Assembly: GCA_965602015.1 (NCBI GenBank)
Contig: OZ271918.1
Span: 1,184,001 to 1,248,000, forward strand
DNA: 64,000 nucleotides
DNA from: Salinispira sp.
GTDB lineage: Bacteria > Spirochaetota > Spirochaetia > DSM-27196 > Salinispiraceae
Direction: 5' to 3'
This document shows, piece after piece, positions 1 through 9,354 of this stretch; the stretch's first letter is position 1, and the number at the start of each line of letters is the position of its first letter. The notes beneath the pieces were generated by a model. That model was not told the DNA's origin and searched no databases. It saw only the letters and a list, made by a program, of their open reading frames with translations. Position numbers and translations under genes: made by a program.

Positions 1-1
1 A

Positions 2-598
2 GAGTACGAGCGGCAGGTAATCCCCCTCAACAGCCGGCTCACTGATATCCGCACCGATGAAAGTCCCGAACGCATGGAGCAAAGCCGCCGGCTCTCCGAG
101 CTGCTTCTCCGGGTGGATCCGGCCAGCCGCTACATAGCGCAGGACCAGCGCCGGCGCCTGCCGCTGGACAGCATTTACCATACTTCCGGCTTCGGCGTGC
201 GTCGCATTTATGAGTACAGCGACGGAAGCAGGGCCTCGAGCATTCACAACGGCCTAGATTTCCGCGCCGCAGTAGGCGAGTCAGTTTTCAGCCCCTTGAG
301 CGGTTTGGTCGTTATGGCGGAGTTTCGTCTGGTCACCGGCTACACCGTGGTGCTCGAGCACTTGCCGGGAGTGTATAGCCTGTACTATCACCTCGATGAT
401 CTTGCCGTTTCCCCGGAAGAGGAAGTGCTGCCCGGCGACGTGCTCGGCGGGGCGGGTCGGACCGGACTTGCCACCGGAAGCCACCTTCACTGGGAGATTC
501 GAATCGGGGGAAAGGCCGTGGATCCCGAGGAGTTTATGTCCTCGGTCTTACTTGACAGGGAGCGGCTTTTACAGGTACTTTCTGGACACAACACATAA
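2..598 (+). CDS. M23 family metallopeptidase, 5'-truncated by window edge
   Basis: Frame open from position 2; HNGLDF and ATGSHLHWEI zinc-binding motifs of M23 peptidases. Confidence 0.9.
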   Translation, partial: EYERQVIPLNSRLTDIRTDESPERMEQSRRLSELLLRVDPASRYIAQDQRRRLPLDSIYHTSGFGVRRIYEYSDGSRASSIHNGLDFRAAVGESVFSPLSGLVVMAEFRLVTGYTVVLEHLPGVYSLYYHLDDLAVSPEEEVLPGDVLGGAGRTGLATGSHLHWEIRIGGKAVDPEEFMSSVLLDRERLLQVLSGHNT

Positions 599-613
599 AA
601 GGTGGTGATTACC

Positions 614-823
614 ATAGCATTCATTAAGGTTGACGAAGGCGAAAACCTCGAAAAGTCCATCAAGCGCTTCAAGCGGATGGTGGAAAAAGAGGGCATCATC
701 CGCGAGTGGAAAAAGCGGGAATATTATGAAAAGCCTTCTACCATTAAGAACCGCAAGCGAAAATCTTTGGAGCGAAAGCTTCAAAAGAAAATACGCAAAC
801 TGCAGAACATGAAGAGCTACTAA
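614..823 (+). CDS. rpsU: 30S ribosomal protein bS21
   Basis: [37 protein letters not shown] is typical bS21. Start uncertain: ATA at 614 after SD-like GGTGGTGA, or GTG at 602/605. Confidence 0.95.
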   Translation: MAFIKVDEGENLEKSIKRFKRMVEKEGIIREWKKREYYEKPSTIKNRKRKSLERKLQKKIRKLQNMKSY

Positions 824-1569
824 TGGCTTTCGTCTGCGAATCAGCCCGTTTCCAAAGGATACGGGCTCTTTTTTTATCCGCATTGCTCATCAGTTCTCTC
901 TTTTTCTTCCTCACTTCATGCAATCCCGCGACCTTTCGCGCAGAGCGCGCCGAGCTATACCCGCTTTTTGTCCATGACCCGGGCAGAGGCGGGGAACTCC
1001 TCTCCTTTGCGGCCCTTTTTCTGGCGTTTGACAGCGGTGATACACGGATTGCGGGAATTGAGCTGACCCATACGGCATCCGGAGTCAGCTGGAATGTGCG
1101 GCTGCCGGGCACCGAGGCAGCGGGGAATCGGAGCCCGTTTGAAGGCGAGGAGTATCAGCGCCCTGATTTCTACAGCGAGAATCCGGGAAGCGCAAACAGT
1201 CTGTTGTATCCCTGGTTTGTCCTCCCGGACGACAGTTTCCAGGGCAGCTTTACTGTTGCAATAGAGGACTTGTCTCTTGAACGGCAACAGCTGGAGCTCG
1301 ACTTCAGGACTCTGTCCCGGGTCGATTCTCGGGAACTGGCAGAGCGGCTTGGGGGGTTAAGTCCGTCGCTGATCGCTCTTCCCGGCAGCTGGGAACTTCT
1401 TGCGGTTGATTCATCTGACGGAACAATTATTGCGCGAATCGATTACTCCGCTTCAAACAGGTCAGAGCTTATGACAGCCGACACAATCCCTGCTGATGCC
1501 CTGTGGTATATTTGGGGAGTACCTGCGGAGTATGACTGCATGCTCCTTTCAGGCCCCTATCTCCCATAA
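823..1569 (+). CDS. Putative lipoprotein of unknown function
   Basis: Hydrophobic signal ending FLTSC (lipobox-like); start overlaps the rpsU stop (TAATG). Confidence 0.6.
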   Translation: MAFVCESARFQRIRALFLSALLISSLFFFLTSCNPATFRAERAELYPLFVHDPGRGGELLSFAALFLAFDSGDTRIAGIELTHTASGVSWNVRLPGTEAAGNRSPFEGEEYQRPDFYSENPGSANSLLYPWFVLPDDSFQGSFTVAIEDLSLERQQLELDFRTLSRVDSRELAERLGGLSPSLIALPGSWELLAVDSSDGTIIARIDYSASNRSELMTADTIPADALWYIWGVPAEYDCMLLSGPYLP

Positions 1570-1585
1570 GCAAAACGCATCAGCA

Positions 1586-2512
1586 TTATTCATCGGATAT
1601 CTGCTTGCCCTTGATAAATTTTCTAAAGAAGTATCGTATTCGCTGAATAAGATTCAATCCTCGCCGTTTGACCACATCCTGGGCAGCCTGGAGGATTGTC
1701 ACCTCGTGGCCGTATTTTTCCTTGAGATAATGCCAATGCTTGACAATCCACACATACAAGTCACCCTCGGTGCGGTCAGGGAAGCTGTTGAGCAGGTTGT
1801 ATTCTCTGACGATGGCCAGAATGGGGGTGAAAACGTTTTCAAACCACGAAAAGAGGGCTGAGCTCAGGGGCAGCTCCTCCTCATAGCCCTGATTAATGAA
1901 ATATTTATGTTCTAGAATGTGATACAGCACCTCATTGTATCGACCTGTCGCGGTGAAGCTGAGTCGATAGTCGGGGATCACCGAGCTGAAGTTCGTTTTT
2001 TCCTCGAACTGAAGCCGTTCATATTCTATGACCGCATCCCGGAGTTCAATCCTGTCCATATCGGGAGTAATGCTAATGCTGCTGTCCAGGCTTACCACCT
2101 CCGCATCAATCATCTCAATACCCTGGGTCCGGGCCACACTCACCCGGTGATTTCCGTCCCGCACAAAATACACGCCGCCGACCTCGTACAGCTGCACCGG
2201 CGGTAAATTGATGTTTTGCAGGTGGAGCTTATCAATATTGGTCCACCTGTTCTTCAAATGCTCGTGTCTGGGCAGAAAGGTTTTGTTAAAATCCTGGTAC
2301 CGGCCTTCGCTGCCCACAATGAGGTCAATTTCTACTGTTTCAAGACCCTTATAGCTCTCTATTTTGGGACTCAGTAGCTTTTTGACTTCCTCGAGTGACA
2401 GCAGGTCGAACTTGCTAGGTCTGAGAATGTTGAGAATGCGGGAAAACATGGCTTTTTTTCTGGCCTTGCTGAAGTTTTCCTGGGAACTCATGTCATAATA
2501 ATCACTGCTCAT
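1586..2512 (-). CDS. ParB/Srx-like domain protein (DUF4032-like)
   Basis: PPVQLYEVGGVYFVRDGNHRVSVAR motif; start placed at MSSDYY, overlapping the upstream gene's end. Confidence 0.7.
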   Translation of the reverse strand: MSSDYYDMSSQENFSKARKKAMFSRILNILRPSKFDLLSLEEVKKLLSPKIESYKGLETVEIDLIVGSEGRYQDFNKTFLPRHEHLKNRWTNIDKLHLQNINLPPVQLYEVGGVYFVRDGNHRVSVARTQGIEMIDAEVVSLDSSISITPDMDRIELRDAVIEYERLQFEEKTNFSSVIPDYRLSFTATGRYNEVLYHILEHKYFINQGYEEELPLSSALFSWFENVFTPILAIVREYNLLNSFPDRTEGDLYVWIVKHWHYLKEKYGHEVTILQAAQDVVKRRGLNLIQRIRYFFRKFIKGKQISDE

Positions 2513-3248
2513 CGGCGCCCTCCGGTGCAGCATCTTTTCCCGGCCGGTGACCGGAAAAATCCAGTACGAAGTGATCGTATACATTGATGATTTTTGTTTC
2601 GTGAAAATCGAACTCCCGGTTGGCATTTTGATCATAGAGATGTACATGTCCGTGCAGAAGATACCGGGGCTTAAACGCCTTCATAAACCAGCGGAATGCC
2701 TTAAACCCCCGATGGCAATTATCGTTTCTGTCGCCGAGACCAAGGGGCGGACTGTGGGTCAAGAGGATGTCAAGGAAGCGTCCGTGGACAATCCGATTGT
2801 ATAGTAGCCGGGGGATCAGACGGATGCACTTGAAGTACATTTCAAGATCGCTGTACTGATTTTTGCCGTCATTGTATTTGATGCTTCCCCCCAGGCCGGC
2901 GACCAGCAAACCTTTTATGTGACGCACCCGGTCGCCCACATAGGTGCTGCCAAAAAAATTCGCCGTGAGGTAGGTATCGTTCATTCCTTCCCGCATGAAA
3001 TTTTGGCTCTGCCTGAATAGCTCGTAATGTTTGAGGTTGTGGTTGCCGAAGACAAACAGGACCGGGCGGTTCAGGGTGCTGGCCACATAGCCGAGGTAAC
3101 TCATGTTGAGGTCGCCGGCGCTGAGCACCAAATCTACATCCTTAAATCGTTCCTTAGCCTGGAGCGAGTAGACCAGTGGATCGACGTGATCGGCTATGCA
3201 CAGTATTTTGACGGTATGCGGAGCGGAACCCACGGTTTTCGCCCTCAT
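2502..3248 (-). CDS. Calcineurin-like metallophosphoesterase
   Basis: IADH, SAGDL, VFGNHN, LTHSPP and HGHVH motifs. Confidence 0.9.
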   Translation of the reverse strand: MRAKTVGSAPHTVKILCIADHVDPLVYSLQAKERFKDVDLVLSAGDLNMSYLGYVASTLNRPVLFVFGNHNLKHYELFRQSQNFMREGMNDTYLTANFFGSTYVGDRVRHIKGLLVAGLGGSIKYNDGKNQYSDLEMYFKCIRLIPRLLYNRIVHGRFLDILLTHSPPLGLGDRNDNCHRGFKAFRWFMKAFKPRYLLHGHVHLYDQNANREFDFHETKIINVYDHFVLDFSGHRPGKDAAPEGADEQ

Positions 3249-4606
3249 CCCTGCTTGACAGCCGCTTTTAACACCTTTTGCAGCTTGTCCTTGTCGTACA
3301 GTTCGATAGGCCGGCTTTCGGCGAAGACCTGCGCGAGTTTTGAAAAAACCGAGCTGGTGAGGATGATTCCCCGGGGGAAATTGTTCTCGCGCATTTTATC
3401 GTTGAAGCTGCGGACCGTAGCTTCGTCGATGGGGTCGGTAACCCGAAGGAAATATATCAGCCGCGGCTGCTTTTTCTGATTCCGCCATTTTTTATCAGAG
3501 TTTTCCGCAGCCATAATTTCGCATCCGCCATTGATCGGGGATATTTCGTGCACCACAAAACTCATGGCTCCGGCGGCCTTTTTGCACATTTCAAGAAACT
3601 CTTCCTGACTGGCTATGAGAAAATCCTTGAGGGTGTCGTCTGTGCGTAGATCCTGGTAGTTGGAAAGCTTCTCCGCAACATCACGGAAATCTTCTCTTAC
3701 CTTGTATATCTCTTCCCATTGTTCGATGGCCTCTTCAATTTTGCGCTCTTTTTCATAGAGATAGGCCATGAGGTACCGGGCATACAGCAGCTCCTGAGAT
3801 TTTGGATTTTTCGATAGCTTTATGGCCCGGCCGAGCTCGGCATACGCCCGGTCGACGTCCCCCATGTTTATATAACAGGCGCCCCGTTCCGCAAGGCTTT
3901 TTACCTTTAATTCGGGATCCTTCGCCGATTTTTCAAACGCCTTGAGGGCGGCCTGGTAATCCTTGCTGTCTTTGAGTATTTTTCCCAGATAGTAGCTGCC
4001 GAGGGTGTTGTCCGGATCGAGGGTAGTGGCCTTGTCCAGATATATGCGGGCGTCATTAAAACGCTTAGCCCGGTACAGCAGGCTTCCCAGAGCGGCGTAG
4101 CTTGCCGAATGGCGCTCGTCGAGACTGACGGCTTTTTTGTAATAGTTCACCGCCTTGTCGGGTCGGCTTCGCTGCTCGAACAGGCTTCCTATGAGGTAGT
4201 AGTACTCGGGGTTGCTCTCATCCTTTTTGACTAAGAGCAGATATTCCTTGAGGGCTTCCTCTGTTTGATTGAATTTCAGGTATAATTCGGCTATTTTTTT
4301 CCTGAACGCCAGTTCGGACACATATTCATCGAATTTGCCGAGCTGATTGACGGTTTTTAATTCCATAAGGGCCAGTTCGGTCTTGCCTTCCGCCTCGTAA
4401 CACAGGCCGAGAAAGTAGTGAGCATCCGAGTCCCGGTTATCTTTTTGGATAATTTGCCGGGCCATTCGCGTTGCCTGGCTGTACTTGCCTTGTTTATACA
4501 GTTGGGCGATGGTTTTAACCCGCTTAGGCTGAAATAGGATTCTGACGATGATGACTATGGAAGCGGTAACTATAATTCCCAGTACGATGAGGGGTATGTA
4601 TAACAT
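3245..4606 (-). CDS. Membrane-anchored TPR protein with C-terminal restriction-endonuclease-like (Mrr_cat-like) domain
   Basis: N-terminal TM helix, multiple TPRs, C-terminal GIILTSSVFSKLAQVFAESRPIELYDKDKL. Confidence 0.75.
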   Translation of the reverse strand: MLYIPLIVLGIIVTASIVIIVRILFQPKRVKTIAQLYKQGKYSQATRMARQIIQKDNRDSDAHYFLGLCYEAEGKTELALMELKTVNQLGKFDEYVSELAFRKKIAELYLKFNQTEEALKEYLLLVKKDESNPEYYYLIGSLFEQRSRPDKAVNYYKKAVSLDERHSASYAALGSLLYRAKRFNDARIYLDKATTLDPDNTLGSYYLGKILKDSKDYQAALKAFEKSAKDPELKVKSLAERGACYINMGDVDRAYAELGRAIKLSKNPKSQELLYARYLMAYLYEKERKIEEAIEQWEEIYKVREDFRDVAEKLSNYQDLRTDDTLKDFLIASQEEFLEMCKKAAGAMSFVVHEISPINGGCEIMAAENSDKKWRNQKKQPRLIYFLRVTDPIDEATVRSFNDKMRENNFPRGIILTSSVFSKLAQVFAESRPIELYDKDKLQKVLKAAVKQG

Positions 4607-4673
4607 GAACTATACGGGATCCTGTACTTTAGTATCTACGTTCAGAATAGATGAATACGTGAAGGCTTGTCAA

Positions 4674-5447
4674 ATGCGCCTGAGAGGACGAACAGCCCTC
4701 ATCGCGCTAATTGCACTGTTGGCATCAGTTTTACCTGTGGCCGCCCAGGAGGATTCCCTGTATCAGTCGGGCGTGGAGGCCTTTATGTCGGGAGAAGCCC
4801 AGGAAGCCGCCGCCATATTCGAAACCCTTATTGCCCAGGGCAGCAGTAATCCGGATGCCTTCCTGTACCTCGGGTACAGCTACGAACAGCTTGAGCTCTA
4901 CGAGCAGGGGATCAGCGCCCTTCAGCGCGGTATGGCTTTTTCCCGTGACAAGCGGCACCTGTTTCATTTCAACACCGGTAATCTCCACCTCAAGAATGGA
5001 AACCCTCAAGCCGCCATTGATCAGTACAGCCTTGCCATCAGCAGCCGGGGCAGTTATGCCGATGCATACCTCAACCGGGCAAATACCTACCTTCGCGAAT
5101 GGCGGCTCAATGATGCGTTGGGTGATTATCAGCGTTTCGTCAGCCTCGCGGCGGAGCACCCGCTTACCCCTGACGTCAGACGGATGATATCAGCTATTCA
5201 GTCCGAAATAACTGCGGAACAGGCCCGGGAGATCGAGGAGGCACGGCTTGCGGAAGTCGAATCCGAGCGCCAGCGCCTCGCGGAACTTGAAGCCCAGCGT
5301 CAGGCGGAGCAGGAGGCCGCCCGGCGCCAGGCCCTCCTCAATGATATTCTCGGTAACCTGAACAGGGCCACCGACGAAGCCCAAACCTTGGGCGCGGGAA
5401 CCGAGGAGATTTCCGATGAAGAGGATGATTTTCAACGGGCCGATTAA
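4674..5447 (+). CDS. Secreted TPR protein
   Basis: Signal peptide (MRLRGRTALIALIALLASVLPVAAQ), TPRs, charged coiled-coil tail. Confidence 0.8.
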   Translation: MRLRGRTALIALIALLASVLPVAAQEDSLYQSGVEAFMSGEAQEAAAIFETLIAQGSSNPDAFLYLGYSYEQLELYEQGISALQRGMAFSRDKRHLFHFNTGNLHLKNGNPQAAIDQYSLAISSRGSYADAYLNRANTYLREWRLNDALGDYQRFVSLAAEHPLTPDVRRMISAIQSEITAEQAREIEEARLAEVESERQRLAELEAQRQAEQEAARRQALLNDILGNLNRATDEAQTLGAGTEEISDEEDDFQRAD

Positions 5448-5512
5448 TTCAGGAGCAGCGCTGGAGATTCGCTGCCCTTGTGTTGTACTATCCATAGTTT
5501 CCAGGAGCTACC

Positions 5513-7471
5513 ATGAGCAATAAACATACTACGCGTAATATCATCATCGCCGCCGGGGGAATTCTTGCGGCCCTACTAATAGCCGGTGTAATTTTTCTCC
5601 TCCCAGGGTCGTCGGACTCTTCAGCGGATGCAAACCCTGAGCGGGAGAACACCCTGATTCTTGCAGGGGAATACATTGAACAGGGTGAGTATGACCGGGC
5701 CCTCGACCTTCTCGAACGTTTGCTGATTGCCAACCCTTCGGATGAACAGGCCCGGACTCTGCGCGATCAGGCCCTGGAGGGCAAACGCATAGCCGCGGCC
5801 GAGGAAGCTGCCGCCGAGGCTGCGAGGCAGAGAAATCTTCAAAACAACATTAGCGCCGATCCCTTTGCCGCCCAGCAGGCCGAGGCTGAAGCCCGGGCAA
5901 GAGAGGCGGCGGCGCGGGAGGCTGAAGCCGAAGCCCGCCGCAAAGAAGCCGAACTTGAGCTGCAGCGGCAGCTGGAGGCTCAGCGGGCAGCCGAAGCCGA
6001 ACGGCGGCGCCAGGAAGAGGAATCCCGCCGGCAGCAGGAAGAAGAGCGTCTTGCCGCCATGAGCGCAGAGGAGGCTGATCGGCAGCGCCAGATTAGCGAT
6101 TTGCTTGAGGAAGCCCGGCGGCTGCAGCAGCAAAGCGAATTCATCAATGCCCGGGGAAAAATAAACCAGGCATTTACCATTGACGACGATTCGGCCCTGG
6201 CCTATGCCCGCATGGCGGAGACCTACGTAGAAGAAGATATAACCAACAACGACAATCTCGCCAGGGCGATCAGCTTTTCCGAACAGTCCATCGAACGAGA
6301 TCCCCGTCTTTGGGAACCCTATTACACCTTGGGTCGCATTTTTAATGAAACCCGTCAATATGACAAGGCGATCCGAGAGCTGACCACCGCTTCGGAGCTT
6401 AACGGCACTAACGCCGATGTTTTCTACGCCCTGGGCAATGCCCAATTCGATGCCAGGCGTTTCAGCGACGCCCGTCAGAGTTATGAGGCCTCGGTGTTCC
6501 TGGACTCCAGCAATGAACGGGCCCATTTTAACCTCGGGCTGACCTTCGAGAGGCTTGGGCAACGGGACCTGGCAATCCAGGCCTACCGCCGGGCTATCGC
6601 CGTCAAGGCGGACTATGCTTCGGCTTACAACCGAATAGGGGAGCTGCTGCTTGAAAACTGGGATCTTGAAAACGCCCTGGTGAACCTCCAGCAGGCGGTG
6701 ACCCTGGAAAACAATGCCCGGAATAACCGGGCCCTTGCCCGGTCGTACTACAGCATGCAACGCTATGATCAGGCCCTTGAGTTCTATCTCGTGGCAGTAC
6801 GGCTGGAGCCCGGCAGGGCGCAAAACCAGTACAATGTGGCTGCAGTCCTGCTGGACCTCAATCGAGCAGAGGAAGCCCTGCCGTATGCCGCCCGGGCCGT
6901 AGAAATAGACAACTCTGTTCCCGAATACTTCTACACCCTTGGATTGGCGATAAAGCAGCTCGGCTCCGGCGACCAGGCCCGGCAGTACTTTGAAGCGGCA
7001 ATCCAGCTCAATAACGCCTATCTCAGGCCGAGGATTGAACTGGCCCGGATTCATATTGACGAGGAGGATTACGACGCCGCTCTACAGGAACTGCTTGATG
7101 CGTACCGGATTAACTCGACCAGGGCTGACGTTAACAACAACCTGGCCACTGTATACCGATTAAAGAATCTCTTTGAGGATAGTCTCTCTCACTCGGCATC
7201 GGCCATACAGGCAGAGCCAAATTCGGCGTTATTGCGGTATAATCTCGCCCTGACCCTCATAGCCATGGAGAGCTTTCCCGAGGCGGAAAGCAGCCTGGAA
7301 ACCGCGATTAATCTCAACGCCAGTTATTGGGATGCCTACCTGCGGCTGGGGGAAGTGCTCATCGCCCAGGATAAAAAATCCGAAGCCCGAACTGTGCTGG
7401 AAAATCTGGTTAGCCGGGGCTCTGATACTGCCCAGGCCGCAAGCGCAAGCGAGCTGCTGCAATCATTGTAA
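5513..7471 (+). CDS. Membrane-anchored multi-TPR protein with coiled coil
   Basis: SD AGGAG, N-terminal TM helix, E/A/R-rich coil, many TPR units. Confidence 0.85.
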   Translation: MSNKHTTRNIIIAAGGILAALLIAGVIFLLPGSSDSSADANPERENTLILAGEYIEQGEYDRALDLLERLLIANPSDEQARTLRDQALEGKRIAAAEEAAAEAARQRNLQNNISADPFAAQQAEAEARAREAAAREAEAEARRKEAELELQRQLEAQRAAEAERRRQEEESRRQQEEERLAAMSAEEADRQRQISDLLEEARRLQQQSEFINARGKINQAFTIDDDSALAYARMAETYVEEDITNNDNLARAISFSEQSIERDPRLWEPYYTLGRIFNETRQYDKAIRELTTASELNGTNADVFYALGNAQFDARRFSDARQSYEASVFLDSSNERAHFNLGLTFERLGQRDLAIQAYRRAIAVKADYASAYNRIGELLLENWDLENALVNLQQAVTLENNARNNRALARSYYSMQRYDQALEFYLVAVRLEPGRAQNQYNVAAVLLDLNRAEEALPYAARAVEIDNSVPEYFYTLGLAIKQLGSGDQARQYFEAAIQLNNAYLRPRIELARIHIDEEDYDAALQELLDAYRINSTRADVNNNLATVYRLKNLFEDSLSHSASAIQAEPNSALLRYNLALTLIAMESFPEAESSLETAINLNASYWDAYLRLGEVLIAQDKKSEARTVLENLVSRGSDTAQAASASELLQSL

Positions 7472-7519
7472 ATCCCGCACCTCACTGGTTTTGGGGAGGC
7501 TCAGATAAAAACCGCCTGG

Positions 7520-9352
7520 TCACACAACACGGCCGACCAGCTGGAAGAGCTCGCTCTTTGTAAGGGTAAACCAGATGGGCCTTCCGTGGGGACAGCGTTT
7601 TACCGGCAGGCGCCAACTCTCTTCTATGATCATCCGCGCCGTGGCGCGGTCGAGCACGTCGCCGTCCTTGACCGCTGTGCGGCAGGCCATATTCTCATAT
7701 AAACGGGTCTCCAGGTCTTTCACGCTGGAACCCAGTTCATCGATCAGCCCCGGCAGCATGCGCTCTTTACCGGAAAACGCCGAAGGAACCCGGCGTATTT
7801 CCAAATTTCCCGCACTATCCGCCGAAGCCTCAAAGCCGATGCTGCCCAATTCCTCTGCCAGAAACTGGCGGTGGCCTGTCAATAACGGATCATCATTCTC
7901 CATCACCAAGGGAATAAGCAGGTTCTCACTCGGCCCTGACGCTTTAAACCGTTCAAACAGGATTCTTTCATGAGCCGCATGCATATCGATAAGATACAGG
8001 CTGTCTTTCATCTCAACCATAAGGAAAAGAGAAAACACCTGCCCCAAGTAACGGTAGGGTGGGATATCATGGGAACCACTACGATCCGGGCCGGTTTCAT
8101 CGATAACGGAGCCGGGGATGGATTCCCGGATTTCCGGCGCGTCGTCAAATTGACTGTGATAATTAAACGCCCGGTCAGGGGCGGAATCCGGCACAGCGCC
8201 GGAAAACGGCCTCATTGCTTGATGACTATCACTCAGACTGTCCCTGAAGCTTCGCTGAGATTCCGTTGACTCTCGGTCTACCCGTTGAGTGAACAAGGTA
8301 CGGGGTTCAACAAAGGGCTGGGGTTCACCGCTGACGATGTCATTGAGGGCGTTTTGAATGTGCTGACGAAGCGAACGGTGAAGAATATCGGGCCGGGAAA
8401 ACCTCACCTCCCGTTTCGCCGGATGAATATTGAAGTCAACCTCCGACGGATCGATGGTAAGGAAGACAAAGCCAACCGGGTAGGTTCCCCCGGGCAACAC
8501 GTCCGACATGGCGTATTCAACAGCATGAACCAGGGAAAATTCGGATATTCTTCTGGTATTGCAGTGTATATGAATGAATTTCCTATCGGACCGGTGAAGC
8601 GGCGGTACCCCGATAATGCAGGTAAAGGAGAAGCCTTCACCGGCCCCCCGCACTTCACGCAGCAAGTCCACCGTGCATTGGGCGGGATACATTTGAGCGA
8701 TGCGCTGAAGGAAGTCATGGGCACCCAAGGCCGGCAGCAGATCCCTGGTCTGTCCGTCGGTAAAAAAGCGGAACTCTACCTGGGGGTGGGCGGCGGCCTT
8801 TTCCAGGAGCACATTTCGGCACAGCCGGGTTTCGGCCCCCGCCGACTTAATGAACTTCTTTCTCGCCGGCAGATTGAAGAAGATATCCCGTACGGCCACC
8901 GAGGTTCCCCGGTCTGCGCTGACTTTTATAAGCCGCGGCGATGATCCGCCCTGTACCGTCAGGCGGTTTGCCGCCGGCGATTCCTCAGTTCTGCTGGTTA
9001 TCTCAAGTTTCGATACCGCTGCTATGCTAGACAGGGCTTCCCCGCGAAACCCCAGGGTGCTTACAGTGAGAAGATCATCTTCATGGCGGATTTTGCTGGT
9101 GGCGTGGCTGTGCCAGCAGAGCTGTATATCCTCTTTCGACATACCCGCTCCGTCGTCCCTGACTTGAATGAGGGAGGTGCCCCCCTGTTCAATGCGGACC
9201 TCGATGTTGCGCGCGCCGGCATCAAGTGCATTGTCGAGAAGCTCCCTCAATACGGAAAACGGCCGGTCGATTACCTCGCCGGCCGCGATCTTTTTTGCAA
9301 CGTCACCCCGGAGGACCTCGATCCTCCGGGGGTTCATATGTTGTGTATCCAA
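7520..9352 (-). CDS. mutL: DNA mismatch repair protein MutL
   Basis: KIAAGEVIDRP, GFRGEALSSI, DMHAAHER and CPHGRP motifs. Confidence 0.97.
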   Translation of the reverse strand: MDTQHMNPRRIEVLRGDVAKKIAAGEVIDRPFSVLRELLDNALDAGARNIEVRIEQGGTSLIQVRDDGAGMSKEDIQLCWHSHATSKIRHEDDLLTVSTLGFRGEALSSIAAVSKLEITSRTEESPAANRLTVQGGSSPRLIKVSADRGTSVAVRDIFFNLPARKKFIKSAGAETRLCRNVLLEKAAAHPQVEFRFFTDGQTRDLLPALGAHDFLQRIAQMYPAQCTVDLLREVRGAGEGFSFTCIIGVPPLHRSDRKFIHIHCNTRRISEFSLVHAVEYAMSDVLPGGTYPVGFVFLTIDPSEVDFNIHPAKREVRFSRPDILHRSLRQHIQNALNDIVSGEPQPFVEPRTLFTQRVDRESTESQRSFRDSLSDSHQAMRPFSGAVPDSAPDRAFNYHSQFDDAPEIRESIPGSVIDETGPDRSGSHDIPPYRYLGQVFSLFLMVEMKDSLYLIDMHAAHERILFERFKASGPSENLLIPLVMENDDPLLTGHRQFLAEELGSIGFEASADSAGNLEIRRVPSAFSGKERMLPGLIDELGSSVKDLETRLYENMACRTAVKDGDVLDRATARMIIEESWRLPVKRCPHGRPIWFTLTKSELFQLVGRVV

Positions 9353-9354
9353 TA

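Noticed and set aside
5621..7054. 477-aa antisense ORF
   Set aside because: Shadow of the TPR gene in GC-rich coding sequence.
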